This document shows, one piece after another, positions 48,747-61,290 of a DNA stretch of 64,000 nucleotides; position 1 is the stretch's first letter; every line of letters starts with the position of its first letter. Location of the stretch: the NCBI RefSeq assembly GCF_048593235.1, contig NC_133617.1, positions 738,400,958 through 738,464,957 on the forward strand, given 5' to 3'. A model generated the notes under the pieces. That model had not been told where the DNA came from and ran no database searches. It was given only the letters and a program-made list of their open reading frames with translations. The DNA is from Sminthopsis crassicaudata (taxonomy: Eukaryota). The position numbers and the translations under genes were made by a program.

Positions 48747-49260
48747 NNNNNNNNNNNNNNNNNNNNNNNNNNNNNNNNNNNNNNNNNNNNNNNNNNNNNN
48801 NNNNNNNNNNNNNNNNNNNNNNNNNNNNNNNNNNNNNNNNNNNNNNNNNNNNNNNNNNNNNNNNNNNNNNNNNNNNNNNNNNNNNNNNNNNNNNNNNNNN
48901 NNNNNNNNNNNNNNNNNNNNNNNNNNNNNNNNNNNNNNNNNNNNNNNNNNNNNNNNNNNNNNNNNNNNNNNNNNNNNNNNNNNNNNNNNNNNNNNNNNNN
49001 NNNNNNNNNNNNNNNNNNNNNNNNNNNNNNNNNNNNNNNNNNNNNNNNNNNNNNNNNNNNNNNNNNNNNNNNNNNNNNNNNNNNNNNNNNNNNNNNNNNN
49101 NNNNNNNNNNNNNNNNNNNNNNNNNNNNNNNNNNNNNNNNNNNNNNNNNNNNNNNNNNNNNNNNNNNNNNNNNNNNNNNNNNNNNNNNNNNNNNNNNNNN
49201 NNNNNNNNNNNNNNNNNNNNNNNNNNNNNNNNNNNNNNNNNNNNNNNNNNNNNNNNNNNN
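48747..49260. other. Assembly gap (514 N)
   Basis: N run. Confidence 1.
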
Positions 49261-50894
49261 ATTAGCTCAGGGTCAGTATTAAGTATCTGAAGCTGGATTT
49301 GATCTCAGGTCCTCCTGTCTTTCTCTACCCACTGCACCATCTAGCTGCCCTTTATACTCAACTTATCTTACTAAAATGTGTGCTCACACATTGGGACACA
49401 TAAATATACAACAAGAGTTCATAAAATTCAAGATGTTTAGAATTAGAAAAGACACTAGAGAAAGCCTCTCCACAGCAAGGTTTGAACAAAAAGGGATTTC
49501 TGGGTAATGCTAAATTAACCTGAAATTTCATTCACCCACAACGCCCAGCTCCCGAGTGGTCCAGTTGGCTGAGGGAACTGTCACACATGCTCAGAATAGA
49601 TTGGCTCCCTTTGGCAGAGACTCACCAGCCTCTGGGCCATGGCAACGGAAACTCAGGCGGTGACCGTTGCTCCCAGCACAGAGCACTTCCCTTGACTTTG
49701 CCATCCCTGAAAGATCTGCTTTTCTAGATGCCTAATCCTGTGTTCTTAATCTTGGCCAGAAAGACCAAGAAAACCTTCTGGCAGGAGCCAGTCCTACCCC
49801 TCCCACTTTCCTTTGCTCTCCTTCCCTTGTGAGATTTATATGTGGGCTTGGTTTGTTTTTTCAACCCCACAAAAGAATGCCACGATGCACTTTTCAGGCT
49901 GCACACAGGACAGAGCTCTGGCTTTGTGGCACAGAAGCATTCTGGACTCCAAACCACCATTTCCTCTGCCAATGTCTTCAGGAGAGAAAAAGTCCAATGC
50001 AAAAACCTCCTTAAAAAATCTGCGTCCCCAGAGATGTAACTAGGGTGGGCAACCAGAGCTTTGTCTAGGATGTTTATTTAAAAACTATTGGGGAAAAAAA
50101 TAGTCATTGCTTCAGCAGCATAGAAAAAAAAATTTTTTTTTCAATGCATAAGAATAATTAGTTTACCTGGGAAGCTTCTGGATAGCCTAGCTACTGTGAA
50201 TTCCTCCCATTCTCAGCCTCTGTACTTCTGCCTGCTAACCCAGGGGCAGCCTGGTGGCAGAGTCCCAGTGCCCTCACACAAGGGTACACTTCCCTTTCCC
50301 CTTGAATGATTAAAGTGATTTTCCTTACATCTGACGCAAATGATCACCAGTCCCTTACTCAGGAAAACTCCAGTGGCCCTAGGCTATGGTCCCTAGGATC
50401 ACAGGGGACCCTCTCTATCTTCCTTTAATGCTCTTCACAATCTGGCCTCAAACTACCCTTTCAAGACACTTTCTGTTCTTGTCAATGTACGTTAACTGAT
50501 GTCCTGCACTCCGCAATCCTGCCAAACTCGTCTGTCCTCTGCTCCTCATACAGGGCATACTCTCTCCCATTTTCGTGCCTTTCATGCCTGGAAAACACGC
50601 CCGCTTCGCCTCAATCTCACAGAATGCTTCCTTTGAAGAAACAGCTTGAAATCCACTTCTCCCTAAGCCTGCTACATAAATCCTCAAGATCATTTCCTTT
50701 TACAAATTATTATAGTACTTTAGACAAGATGTCAATGTAAATGTCATTCATTCATTTTAATTTTAAAATTCTTATTTAAATTTTTAATTTTAAATTATTT
50801 TATTTTTAATTTTTTAAAAAGTTATTCTTAATTTTAATTGTAAATTTAAAAAATTTTTATTAATCTTTAAAATCCACTGACTACCAGAACTCAA

Positions 50895-51170
50895 AAGAAC
50901 ATTTACATAGTTATGTTGTTTGAGTCTTTCAGTTGTGTCTGACTTAGTGATCCCTTGGGGGCTTTTCTTAGCAAAGATACTGGAACGGTTTGCCATTTCT
51001 TTCTCCAACTCATCTTGCAGATGAGAAAACTCAGGCAGGTCACAGATAAGGAAACTGAGGCAAACAAGGCTAAGTGTCTTGCTTTGGGTCACACAGCTAG
51101 AAAATGTCTGAGATCTGAACTCATGAAGATGAGTTTTCTAAGCCTAGTTCTCCACTTCGGCTCCTAGCTA
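50895..51170 (-). mobile_element. MAR1 SINE
   Basis: gttgtttgagtctttcagttgtgtctgac...ttagcaaagatactggaacggtttgccatttc... Confidence 0.8.
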
Positions 51171-51411
51171 CCGTTAAGTAGTTGTAGGATAATGTGAAAT
51201 TCTGGAACTCCCCTCTTTCTCTAGCTAGCATGTATATGACTACCTTGGGTTTTTGGTTTTTTTTTTTTTTTTGTCTTTATTCTAGTTTTATTTAGTCTGC
51301 ATATATTTGTGTATGTGTTTGCTGTCTTCCCCATTACAAGGTCAGCACCTTGAGAGGAAAGACCACTTCATTATATCTCCAGCACCTGGGACAGTGTCAG
51401 GCACATAGTAG

Positions 51412-51417
<6 letters not shown>

Positions 51418-51446
<29 letters not shown>

Positions 51447-51602
51447 AGATTCACAATTTTTTTCTTTATTAAGGGCTTTTTATTTTTCCAAACATATGCA
51501 TGGACAGTTCTTCAACATTAGTCCTTGCAAAACCTTGTGTTCCAAATTTCCTCTCCCTTCCCCCACGCCCTCCCCTAAATGGCAAGTAGTCCAACATAAC
51601 CC
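51418..51602 (-). mobile_element. LINE-1 3' end inserted into an L2 tail
   Basis: Reverse L1 terminus with a 30-nt T-run; TSD agtagcctctt (51407-51417) / agtaggctctt (51603-51613). Confidence 0.85.
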
Positions 51603-52724
51603 AGTAGGCTCTTAAGAAATGATTGATCAAACTGAGGATAAAGTTCATTCTACTGGGTCCAGGCACCAAAATTCTTAATTAGGACTCCAGCTAATCTCTG
51701 TTCCCTGTCCTCCCTTCCCCCCTACAAGAGATAAAGAGGAAAAATAGATGAAATGACATTGGGTTTCAGCCCAGGAAGACTGAACGGACAGGGCGCTCCC
51801 GGTATTAGAAATGTGTGGAATGAGCTGTCTTGTTTGCCTTGGAGTAGACTTTGGCCAGCAAATACGAGTCCAAAATGTCACCGTCACCCCCACCCCCACC
51901 TCCAACAGGATGTCTCCTGAAAAAAATGGAGCTTATTATTCAGGTATCTGTCATTCTTTGACACGGAGGTTTGGGTGTGTTTTAATATCAGTACAAATTC
52001 TGTCTCCTTTAGCCATGATTTATGGTCTCCCGGTCATGTCTTCAAAGCCGGCGGACTCTGGTGACCCACCAAGAAGGAAACAATTCGATTAGATTGACGA
52101 GACCTAAGTTCTTACCTTTGCACTGTCTCCCAGCCAAGATTCCCCAAATAGCTCTGATTTTTGCAATAGCTGCTGTGGCTCTTTCCCAGCCCCCACTCCT
52201 GGAAACTGCACCAGTCAACCAAGATGTCACACGTTTACGGGAAACCGTCCCCCGATAATCCTTCAGAAATCCACTTTTCTGGATCTGGGTTAAGAAAAGG
52301 CTATTGTTGAGTCTATAAGGAGTCCTTTGAGACATTTCAGACCTCCCGTGATGGGGGAGAGAAGGGGAAGGTCCCTATTCCAATCCTGGCTACATATGGC
52401 GCCGGTGAAGTCTCAGTTCATCTGTCACCATGTCTCTCCATAGGAGAGCATCACTCTTGACTTTTGGGGGGAAATTGCTAGCTAAAGAACATTACACAAA
52501 GCCTTCAGTAGAGACTGAGGCAATGAAAAGTCAGCAAAGTGGGCAGCCCTTTACCTGGTGTGATCTAAGGGATGGCTCGGCAAGCTTTCTGCTCTACCGT
52601 AATCATAATGAAAAGTAACAACTCACATTACTTAGTACATTATTTCTCTCCCAACTGCTCAGTGCCTGAAATTCTACCATCTGAGTATGATCGATTCAGG
52701 CTCTGACTTTCCCTTTTAAAAAGG

Positions 52725-52965
52725 CAGGTAGGTGGTTCAGCAGATAGAGTGCTAAGCCCAGAGACAGGAAGATTCATCTTGAAAGTAAATCTGACCTCAG
52801 ATACTTCCTAGCTGTGTGACCCTGAGCAAGTCACTTAACCTGTTTGCCTCAGTTTCTTCAACTGTAAAATGAGCTAGAGAAGGAAATAGCAAATCAGATC
52901 AGGATCTCCGCCAAGAATACCTCAAATGGGGTAAAACATTGTGGGACAGGACTGAAAAATAACTG
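52725..52965 (+). mobile_element. MAR1 SINE
   Basis: CORE plus gagctagagaaggaaatagcaaa...gccaagaatacctcaaatgggg tail. Confidence 0.82.
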
Positions 52966-54124
52966 GATGATTCCCTTTTAGATTATTCTGATCTGATACT
53001 TCTGCCTAGCCCCTGTTACAGGGAGTTTACTAGGGGATCACCAGATAGGGTTGTAGATGGGAACTAAAAGGGACCAGAGAGGGGGAAACTGAGGCCCCCA
53101 AAATTGCCATGACAAGCTCAGAGCCCAAAGACCACACGTGTGAGACGGAACCAGAACGTAGATGCAGATCCATTAATGCTTACCACTGCGCCATTCTATC
53201 GCCCTCTAAAAGGTTGAAAGCATCGGTGATTCACTTGGAGGTTAGGAAAGTGCTCTGTGATTTAAGGACAATGTAAATGTAAATCCAGTTTGTCTGGGAC
53301 ATAAGGATATGAGACAAGATTGGAGAGAAAACTTATGCTGGGGTTTGAAACCTTTACATTATGAAAATTATGAAGACTTTTACGTACAAGCTATCCCCCA
53401 AACACCCAGCATTTCCCTTGTCCGTATTCTCTCCTGTTATTTATTCCCTCTTCATAGAGGAGCAGCAAGAACCTCAAATCCAGCCTAGTCCAACCACAAT
53501 CCTTTGCTGTTCGGAAAAGGAGTCTATACCCAAAAAGTAGATCCATCTTCTCCTTGATGCTTTTGTTTTGGATATTTCTTTCATTTCTGAACACAGTTCC
53601 CCTGGGAAACTCTATTTTTTCTTTCTTTCTTTTCAAAGTGCAGACCTCCAGTAGACTGGTGACTCGATCCAAGAGTGATGAGCCGTCAGTAACCTGAGGA
53701 GTGGGGCCATGGAATGGCTAGAGACCCCTCTAGAACCAGATGAGCCCAACAGTATGGCGTTCAGCAGAGGTGGGGCCAAGCCCTGGTCCTGAGCTTTCCT
53801 GGGAATTACGAAGAAGCCTTCTTCCCAGAAAGTTTGCTTTGAGCGTGTTTCAGCAGAAGTTGCAGATCAAAACAATCTAGCCTTTTCCTCTTTCCCAGAG
53901 TTCCTGGGAAGCCCCTCAGAGCCTCCACCAACAATTCCCAGCAAGAAGGGGGAATTCCAAAGCCATTCTCTCTTTTCCCAAGCCCCAAATCTATCCTTCT
54001 TGAGAAGAGAGGATCAGGAGGAATTAAGTTCTTGACTAGCTTAGCTGAGGGGTCAACATTGACGACACCAGAAAATCATAGACCTGCGTCAGGACCAGGA
54101 AAGTCATGGTCTTACAAAACCAGT

Positions 54125-54342
54125 GTTCTACACTGGGAAATGAGTGTGGACCACAACATAGCGTTTCATTCTTTCCGTTGTTGTTTGCTCGCATTTTTGT
54201 TTTCCTTCTCAGGTTATTTTTACCTTCTTTCTAAATACGATTTTTCTTGTGCAACAAGAGAACCGTATAAATATATATGCACATATATTGTATTTAAGAT
54301 ATACTTTAACATGTTTAAATAAAACAAAACAAAACAAAACAA
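54125..54342 (+). mobile_element. LINE-1 3' UTR fragment ending in (AAAAC)n
   Basis: acactgggaaatgagtgtggaccacaacatagc...cttgtgcaacaagagaac...atattgtatttaagatatac. Confidence 0.8.
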
Positions 54343-56699
54343 CCTGTGGTCCAGGCCTGAACTAGGAATCAGGAGACTCGTGTGGCCGACTCCATGGCCG
54401 GCCTGTGGGGAGAGATGCTCTCTGAGGTACCTTCCAGCTCTCCGACGTGCTGATTCCTCCTAGGTACCAAACACGCCTAAACACCGCATCCTCCTTGGGG
54501 AGACCGAGGTGGGTAAGTACAGCCCCCTGCCCACAAAGAGCTTCCAATCCAGCCGGGAGCAGGGAAACAGAGAAATAACAAAAAGGGTCCAGGGCTGCCT
54601 TCCTGGAATATAGCCACGGCCAGGAGGAGGTGGACCTTCCCCAGCAAGCCCGGTTTCCTCCTCCTAGCTCACGAAGGGAAGTCCCAGGGGGGCGAATGGG
54701 AGATGCTTTCCTCTCCTGGTCTCTAATTAATTTCTTTTTGCCTTACAAAATGCAGAGGATGTCTGGGGCCGGCACAAACGGAAATGCTGAAATCCCTGTC
54801 AGCCAAGGAAGAGGATGTGGAAAGGACTTGGCAGAAAGTGATTCGAAAAGCAGACTCAGCAGTTCGGGGGACACGGATGGGTGGAAAAGATGCACGCCGG
54901 AGGTTCTGGGTTTCAGAGCGATCTGGTTAGGAATGAGGGTGGGATCCAGTGGGCCGGGGCTAATGGTCACTTCCCTTGAATTGTCCAGAGGAAAGGAACA
55001 AGCTGTGCGCGGATCATGTTGGGCAGAAGAATTGGATTTTATACATCATGAGGTTATGAGTTATGCTCTTGGGATGGGGGGGAATAGGGGAAGGAGCACT
55101 CAGCACATGGCTGGTTCACCTTGCCAGGCTGTCTACAGACATAAACAGCGTCCCAGCTTCGGGAAAAGGAGAGACGGGTGACATCCTAGAGGGGAGCCGT
55201 CAACCCGTCCTCCCCTTCTGTGTATACAGCTGGCGGCTCATAATTTACAAAACCCATTCCCAGCTACAGTTCTGACAGAGAGTGGGTGACAGCCAAGATG
55301 TGACTGAGCTAGAATTCTGACAGCTCTCTGACAACTTCCACACACACACAAGTTCTCTCCCCTACACAGCTTAGTCCCTGAACAAGTACAAGAGCAGGTC
55401 GCTCCCAATTTCCAGCATTGGGGAGAGGGGAAAGCTGCCCTGTCATGTTTGTGCCCAAGAGAAAAAGGGTTTGAGGAGGCACAGAGTCATTTTGTAAATT
55501 CTCTGCCCTCCCTGGAGCCCAGCCCCTGGCCCCCAGGCCTGCCAAACCTTCTCCTCCTCTTGAAAGACCTAGAACAGGGAGCCGGCAGCTCTACATTTGG
55601 GCTTCTTTCAGGGCTCTGTGTACTTAGGAACTTGGCTTCCATTGAGATACAGACGGTGATATCATGTTTTCCTGGTCTGACTCATCCTGGGGTTCCCACT
55701 ACTGATAGGTATGATCTCACTCATCCTCTCACTGACATGTGAGTGTGAGGGAATCAGAATTCTTATTTTATAGGCCGGGAAACTGAGCCGGGGAGGTTTT
55801 GCAATCACACGAAGAGGGATCAACCAAGCAAATGAACTCACCCGTATTGCCATTCATTCACTGGTCATTACCCAAGTCAGCAGATATTTATTACGCACCT
55901 AACAGAAAGGCTCCAGATTAACAGTCTGAAGAGAAAGCAGTCCTGGCTGACTTCCCGACAATCTTCCTAAAGTACAGGCCTGAACAGGCTTCTTTCCTGT
56001 TAAGTAAATTCCCCTGACTCCCTTTTATACAACCACCGAGTCAGACCATTGGGAGGCACCTCAACAGCCACCTAATTAACCAATACTCAAAAGGGATACA
56101 AGACAAGGGGCCATCAGACTTCTTCTTGAAGAGCTCCCAGCAGGCAGGAACTCGCCCCTCTGGAAAGAGCCAATTTCTTCCAACAGTGGACTCCAAAGGA
56201 AGGGCTGTTGTCTTGATTCCAAAGTGACTGTGGCACGACCTCAAGGACACGTCATTAGTGACTAGTGGGACATCCTCCCAAAGTTAGCCAGCGGGGGGGA
56301 GGATTTTCTCTAGCACATCCACACGTACCCGAATCCCCTTGTGCTAGCTGTCCCTTCCCCCCTCAAACTCCCAACCTCTCACCTTTTGAGACCTAAGTCA
56401 CTATAATGTGATCTCAACTGTGGCGAACGCAGAAGCAGCTGGGGCCAGTTTCCCTATGTCCATCCCCGGCCCTCCTGCCCCTGCTCCTCTCCTTCCAACA
56501 TGGTAGTCACCTCTTGGAGGGCAGTGGCCAGTGAGGGAGAACATCATGCTCTCCTTTTCGACAGGAGGAGTCTCACAAGATGAACAGACATGGATGCATG
56601 ATGACCAGAACTTACAGGTCATTCCATTATCTCCCCCCCGCCAAGTCCTCCCCACTTCCAAATTTTCTTATTCTGGGGAGGGCACTTGGTCCCGGTCAC

Positions 56700-57600
56700 C
56701 CAGGTCCACATCACAATATCACCTTCAACTCCCTCCTTTCCTCCACCCCATTTAGCCGATGCGGTCAAATCTTGTCATTTCTTCCCTTTGCCCTCTCCAT
56801 GAATTACTGCCACAGCCTCCTGTCTCAGGCATCCTCTCACTGCCACCCAGATGCCGAAGTGATTTTCCTAAAGCTCAAACCTTCCCGTGTCACCTCCCCT
56901 ACTCAATGTACTTCACTGGCTTCCTATTAATTCCAGGACTAAACATGATTCCTGTTTCTCTATCCTTTTTAAATTTTTATTTTGATAAATGGACTTTTTA
57001 ATCTTACTTATGTTCTATAATATATATAATTATTAGTAACTTAAGAAATAAGTAAGTAAATATACACATATCAGGGTTGCACACCTGAAAGTTTTTCCTG
57101 ATGGATGGACGAGCAAAAAAAATTTGCTGCATGGGATCAGATACAAAATCCCCTATTTGGTACTTAAAGCTCCTGGTGCAATCTGGCCCCAGTGTATATT
57201 TCAAGCATTTTTACACCTAACTCCCCTGCAGTCATTCTACATTTTAGCCCAACTGGTCTTTCCACTGTTCCTCATAAGCACCTTTTAGATCCTATCTCCC
57301 ACCTTAGCACCGTTGCACCGCCCCCATGAGTGGGATGCTTTCCCTTCTCCCCTTCTACAAGTCTTTATTTTCTTCAAAACCCAGCTGAGGTTCCATGTTC
57401 TTGAAGAGCTTTTCCTGACCTCCATCAGTCTTAGTGCCTTATCTTCCTACTTGCATTCATTTTGGATGAACTTCATGTATAAACTGATCCACGTACATGT
57501 TGTTGCCTCATCCAGAATGAAAGTATTTTTAGGGTCTGGATTCTTTCCTTTTTGCTTTTGCACCCAGATATTAGCACAGTGTCTGGCCCGTTGACCAATA
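56700..57600 (+). mobile_element. L2 3' region with an AT-rich interruption
   Basis: gtgattttcctaaagctcaaac, ttcttcaaaacccagctgagg and tail cacccagatattagcacagtgtctggc. Confidence 0.65.
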
Positions 57601-58554
57601 ATCCAGCCCATAGAATGTGACCAATAATGTGATCTTAGAGTTGTCACTGATTTGGGATAGAGGCTTGAGCCAGTTGGGGTAAATTAACTTGTCCAGGGTC
57701 CCACAGGAAGGACTGTAAGAGATGGAGATTGAAGTCAGATCCTTCTGATTGCAGAGATATTTTTGGTCCACACTGCCTCACTTAAATTGCAATATTCCCT
57801 CCCTTTATTCCATGGAATAGCCCTCGCAGAAGATCACTGATAAAAACAGAGATCCCATCTAAACAAAATATTTATAGCAGTATTTTTTTATGGCAAAGAA
57901 CTAAAAAAAAAAGAATGGATGCCCATTAGTAAAAGAACTAAACAGATCGCCAAGACCCTACAGTTCCAAAGTTGTGATTTCTCTTGACCTTTTGTGTTCT
58001 CTATGTATTAGTCTGTGTCTACTCTCCCCATTGAATATTTTATAAGTGTTATTCTTAGATCATTTGAGTAAATGCCTTTGCTAAGTACTAATTGAACCAA
58101 TTGGTTGATTATTAATGGAAAGCACACAAGTGGGGGTTCATTGGCTATAGTTTTAGCAGTGTGATACCACAGCATCCACACTTGAACCCTGAAAATAACT
58201 GCTCCTGGGTACCTAACCTTTCATTGCAAATTGGAGAAATATTTAAGAGGGAGTACTACAAATATCTCTACCTCTATATCGTTTACTCTGCTGTAGGATG
58301 ATGAATCTGATGAATACAGAGAATCATAGGAAAAAAATATACAAAGTGAAACAAGCAGGACCGGGGGAAAATATGCACAATGAGAAAAATAATGCAAATG
58401 TAAAGAAGAGCAAAGCAGAACAATTGAAATGGATTGATGTGGAATTATGGCTAAATTTGCCCCAAATAAGATATAGAAAGATATCTCCCTTCTGCTTCTG
58501 TGAAAGTGATTCAGTTAATCAGTCAATGAGCATTTTGTTTTGTTTTGTTTTTAT

Positions 58555-58860
58555 TCTTTTTTAAATTCTTATTGAGCTTTTTATTTTCAAAATACATACA
58601 TGATAATTTTCAACATTCACCCTTATGTGTTCTAAAATTTTCCCCTCCCTTCTCCCCATTCCCTCTCTAAATGGCAAGTAATTCAACATAGATTAAACAT
58701 ATACAATTCTTCTAGAAATTTTCCACAATTATCATGTTACATAAGAAAAATCAGATCAAAAAGAAAAGAAAAAAAATGAGAAAGAAAACAAAATGCCAGC
58801 AAAGAACAAAAAAAGTGAAAACGCTCTGTTGTGAGCCACACTCAGTTCCCATAGTCCTCT
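58555..58860 (-). mobile_element. LINE-1 3' end
   Basis: Same family as 3185-3497 (ttttcaaaatacatacatgataattttcaacattcaccc...cacactcagttcccatagtcctct). Confidence 0.85.
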
Positions 58861-59124
58861 CTCTCTCCATTACAAGACCATTAGAAATGGCCTGAATCAT
58901 CTCATTTCAAGGAGCATTTATCAAGCATTTATTATGTGCCAGGCACTATCCAAAGAAAGGAAAAATAGCTTCTGCTCTGTAGGAAATTCACATCTAAGAG
59001 GGGAAATAGCATGGAACTATGTACGTATAACATACAGACAACGTATCTGGAAGTAATAGCAGAGAGAGCATTGGCAGGAAGGTGGATCTGAAGCAGAAGC
59101 TGGGATTTGCAGCAGGATGATTTC

Positions 59125-59577
59125 AGAGGGGCCTTCAGAGAGGACTTACATGAAGTGATGCTGAATGAAGTGAGTAGAATGAAGAGAACATTGTACATGG
59201 CAACCACAAGGCTGTGTGACGATCAGCTGTGATGGACGTGGCTCTTTTCAACAATGAAGTGATTCACCCAGAGGGAGGACTATGGGAACTGAATGTGGAC
59301 CACAGCATAGCATTTTCACCTTATTTTTTTGTTATTTGCTTGTTTTTTCTTCCTCATTTTCCCCCTTTTTGATCTGATTTTTCTTGCACAGCATGATAAA
59401 TGTGGAAATATGTTTAGCAGAATTGCACATGTTTAACTTATATCAGATTACTTGCTGTCTAGGGGAGAAGGGAGGGAGAAAAATCTGGAACACAAGGTTT
59501 TGCAAGCGTGAATGTTGAAAACTATCTCTGCATGTATTTTGAAAAGAAAAAGCTATTATTTAAAAAAAAAAAAAAAA
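59125..59577 (+). mobile_element. LINE-1 3' UTR with polyA
   Basis: gagaggacttacatgaagtgatgctgaatgaagtgag...gaatgttgaaaactatct...A tail. Confidence 0.88.
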
Positions 59578-60194
59578 GTGGAATTTGAAGAATCTTGAAA
59601 GCCTCGGAGGCAGAGGAGAAGAGGGAGGGCTTCCCCACGCCTGGAACCCAGCCAGAAAAAAGGTACCTTCAGGAACTAGGTTAGTCCCTGGGGCCTCTTC
59701 TGCCTTGGAACAACCAGCTACCCCCTGGCCTTCTCATCGGGAGTGTTCCCCTTTGCCCACTGGTGAGTCCCTTCGGAGCCTCCATTCTGTGTAGGGGAGT
59801 CAGCAGAGGCAGGATTTGCCCCTTCGATCTCATGTCAAATCTGCTTATCACATGCTTGCAGAAATCTCATATCTTCCGGTGGATTGTAGCTTTTGGAGGG
59901 CAGGAGCTGCTTTTCATTTTTGTCTTTGTATTTCCAGTACCGATACCCACAGTGCCTTGCCTGTGGTAGGAGCTAAGGAAATCCCTCTTGCTTATTAATT
60001 ATTAATTAATTATATTGCCTATTAATAAGTAGTCTAGTGTTTGAAGCAAGTGGAATGAGAGGGGCCCAAACCATAGTGGAGTGGGTCTTGTCTGGAGCTC
60101 CTTCCTGCCATGTCCCTGGAGTTAGCTGAGCCAGAACACCGGTGGCCCACTGAGGAACCCCAGGGCAGACCTCCAACGACCATCAGATGTGACC

Positions 60195-60316
60195 AGAGCA
60201 CTGGTCCTGAAGTCAGGAGGACCTAAATTCAAATCTGACCTCAGGTACTTAATACTTTCTGGTTGTGTGACCCTGGGCAAGTCACTTAACCCCACTTGAC
60301 TCAGCAAAAAAAAAAA
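60195..60316 (+). mobile_element. 5'-truncated WSINE1-type SINE
   Basis: agagcactggtcctgaagtcaggaggacc...gggcaagtcacttaacccc plus A11. Confidence 0.85.
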
Positions 60317-61065
60317 GGGGGGGGGGGAGGACTTGAGGACCCCTTCCTGAAACATCAGGCTTTCATTCTGTAAATCCTGCCTCCCACCATCCCTGAGAGT
60401 AAGAGAAAATAGATGAGGAACAAGTGCCAGGAGTCTCAGGGCTTCCTTCCCCTAAGTTCCTGCTTCAGGGAGGCCGGGAGATGAGGTGCGGCCCGGGGGA
60501 GGGGAGAAATAGAGGAAGGGATCCCGGCAAAGGCGCTGGCTGCCGAGTCCTCATGCGCCAGGAATGTGATGATGTCATGGCCCACAGCCCCACACACCCC
60601 AGCAGCCCCAAAGAGGAGCTCAGACAATCGGCAGGATGGGAGAGGTAGCCCTGCCCCAGAGCCTGCCGGGAGGGCCGGCCTCAATTCCTGGGAGAGGTTA
60701 ATCCGGGAAGCCTGAAACCGATTTCCCTCCCTGGGAAGAAGAGAAAGGAAGCAGCCTCTGTCCCACTTGGGGGGGGGGGGTGGCTCTGTCCGAAGGCAGG
60801 GGGATGGATGAATTGACATTTAGAACTCCTTCCTAGACATGTCCCTGCTCTGCTCCCCCAGACATTGAGTCAGAGAACTTCACGGACTTGGAACCTTTTT
60901 TTTAATGGAGGTTTTTTAAATCACTCTCTAATCTACCCACAATTTGTAGGAATGACAAGATGGGGGACTGGAAACTCAGGAGTCCTTAGTCCCAGGTGCT
61001 CTCTTTACTGGGGAGTTTGAGTAAGATGCCCAAAGTCGCACAGCTAACCCTGGGCAGGATTTCAT

Positions 61066-61207
61066 NNNNNNNNNNNNNNNNNNNNNNNNNNNNNNNNNNN
61101 NNNNNNNNNNNNNNNNNNNNNNNNNNNNNNNNNNNNNNNNNNNNNNNNNNNNNNNNNNNNNNNNNNNNNNNNNNNNNNNNNNNNNNNNNNNNNNNNNNNN
61201 NNNNNNN
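61066..61207. other. Assembly gap (142 N)
   Basis: N run. Confidence 1.
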
Positions 61208-61290
61208 GGGTTAAGTGACTTGCCCAGGGTCACACAGCTAGATTTGAACTCAGGTCCTCCTGACTTCAGGGCTGGTGCTCTATCTACTCC
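61208..61290 (-). mobile_element. WSINE1-type SINE emerging from an assembly gap
   Basis: gggttaagtgacttgcccagggtcacacagctagatttgaactcaggtcctcctgacttcagggctggtgctctatc. Confidence 0.85.

Noticed and set aside
50750-50880. Very AT-rich tract (also ~12090-12240) as a structural or origin element
   Set aside because: Low-complexity sequence typical of decayed tails; no long inverted repeat seen.
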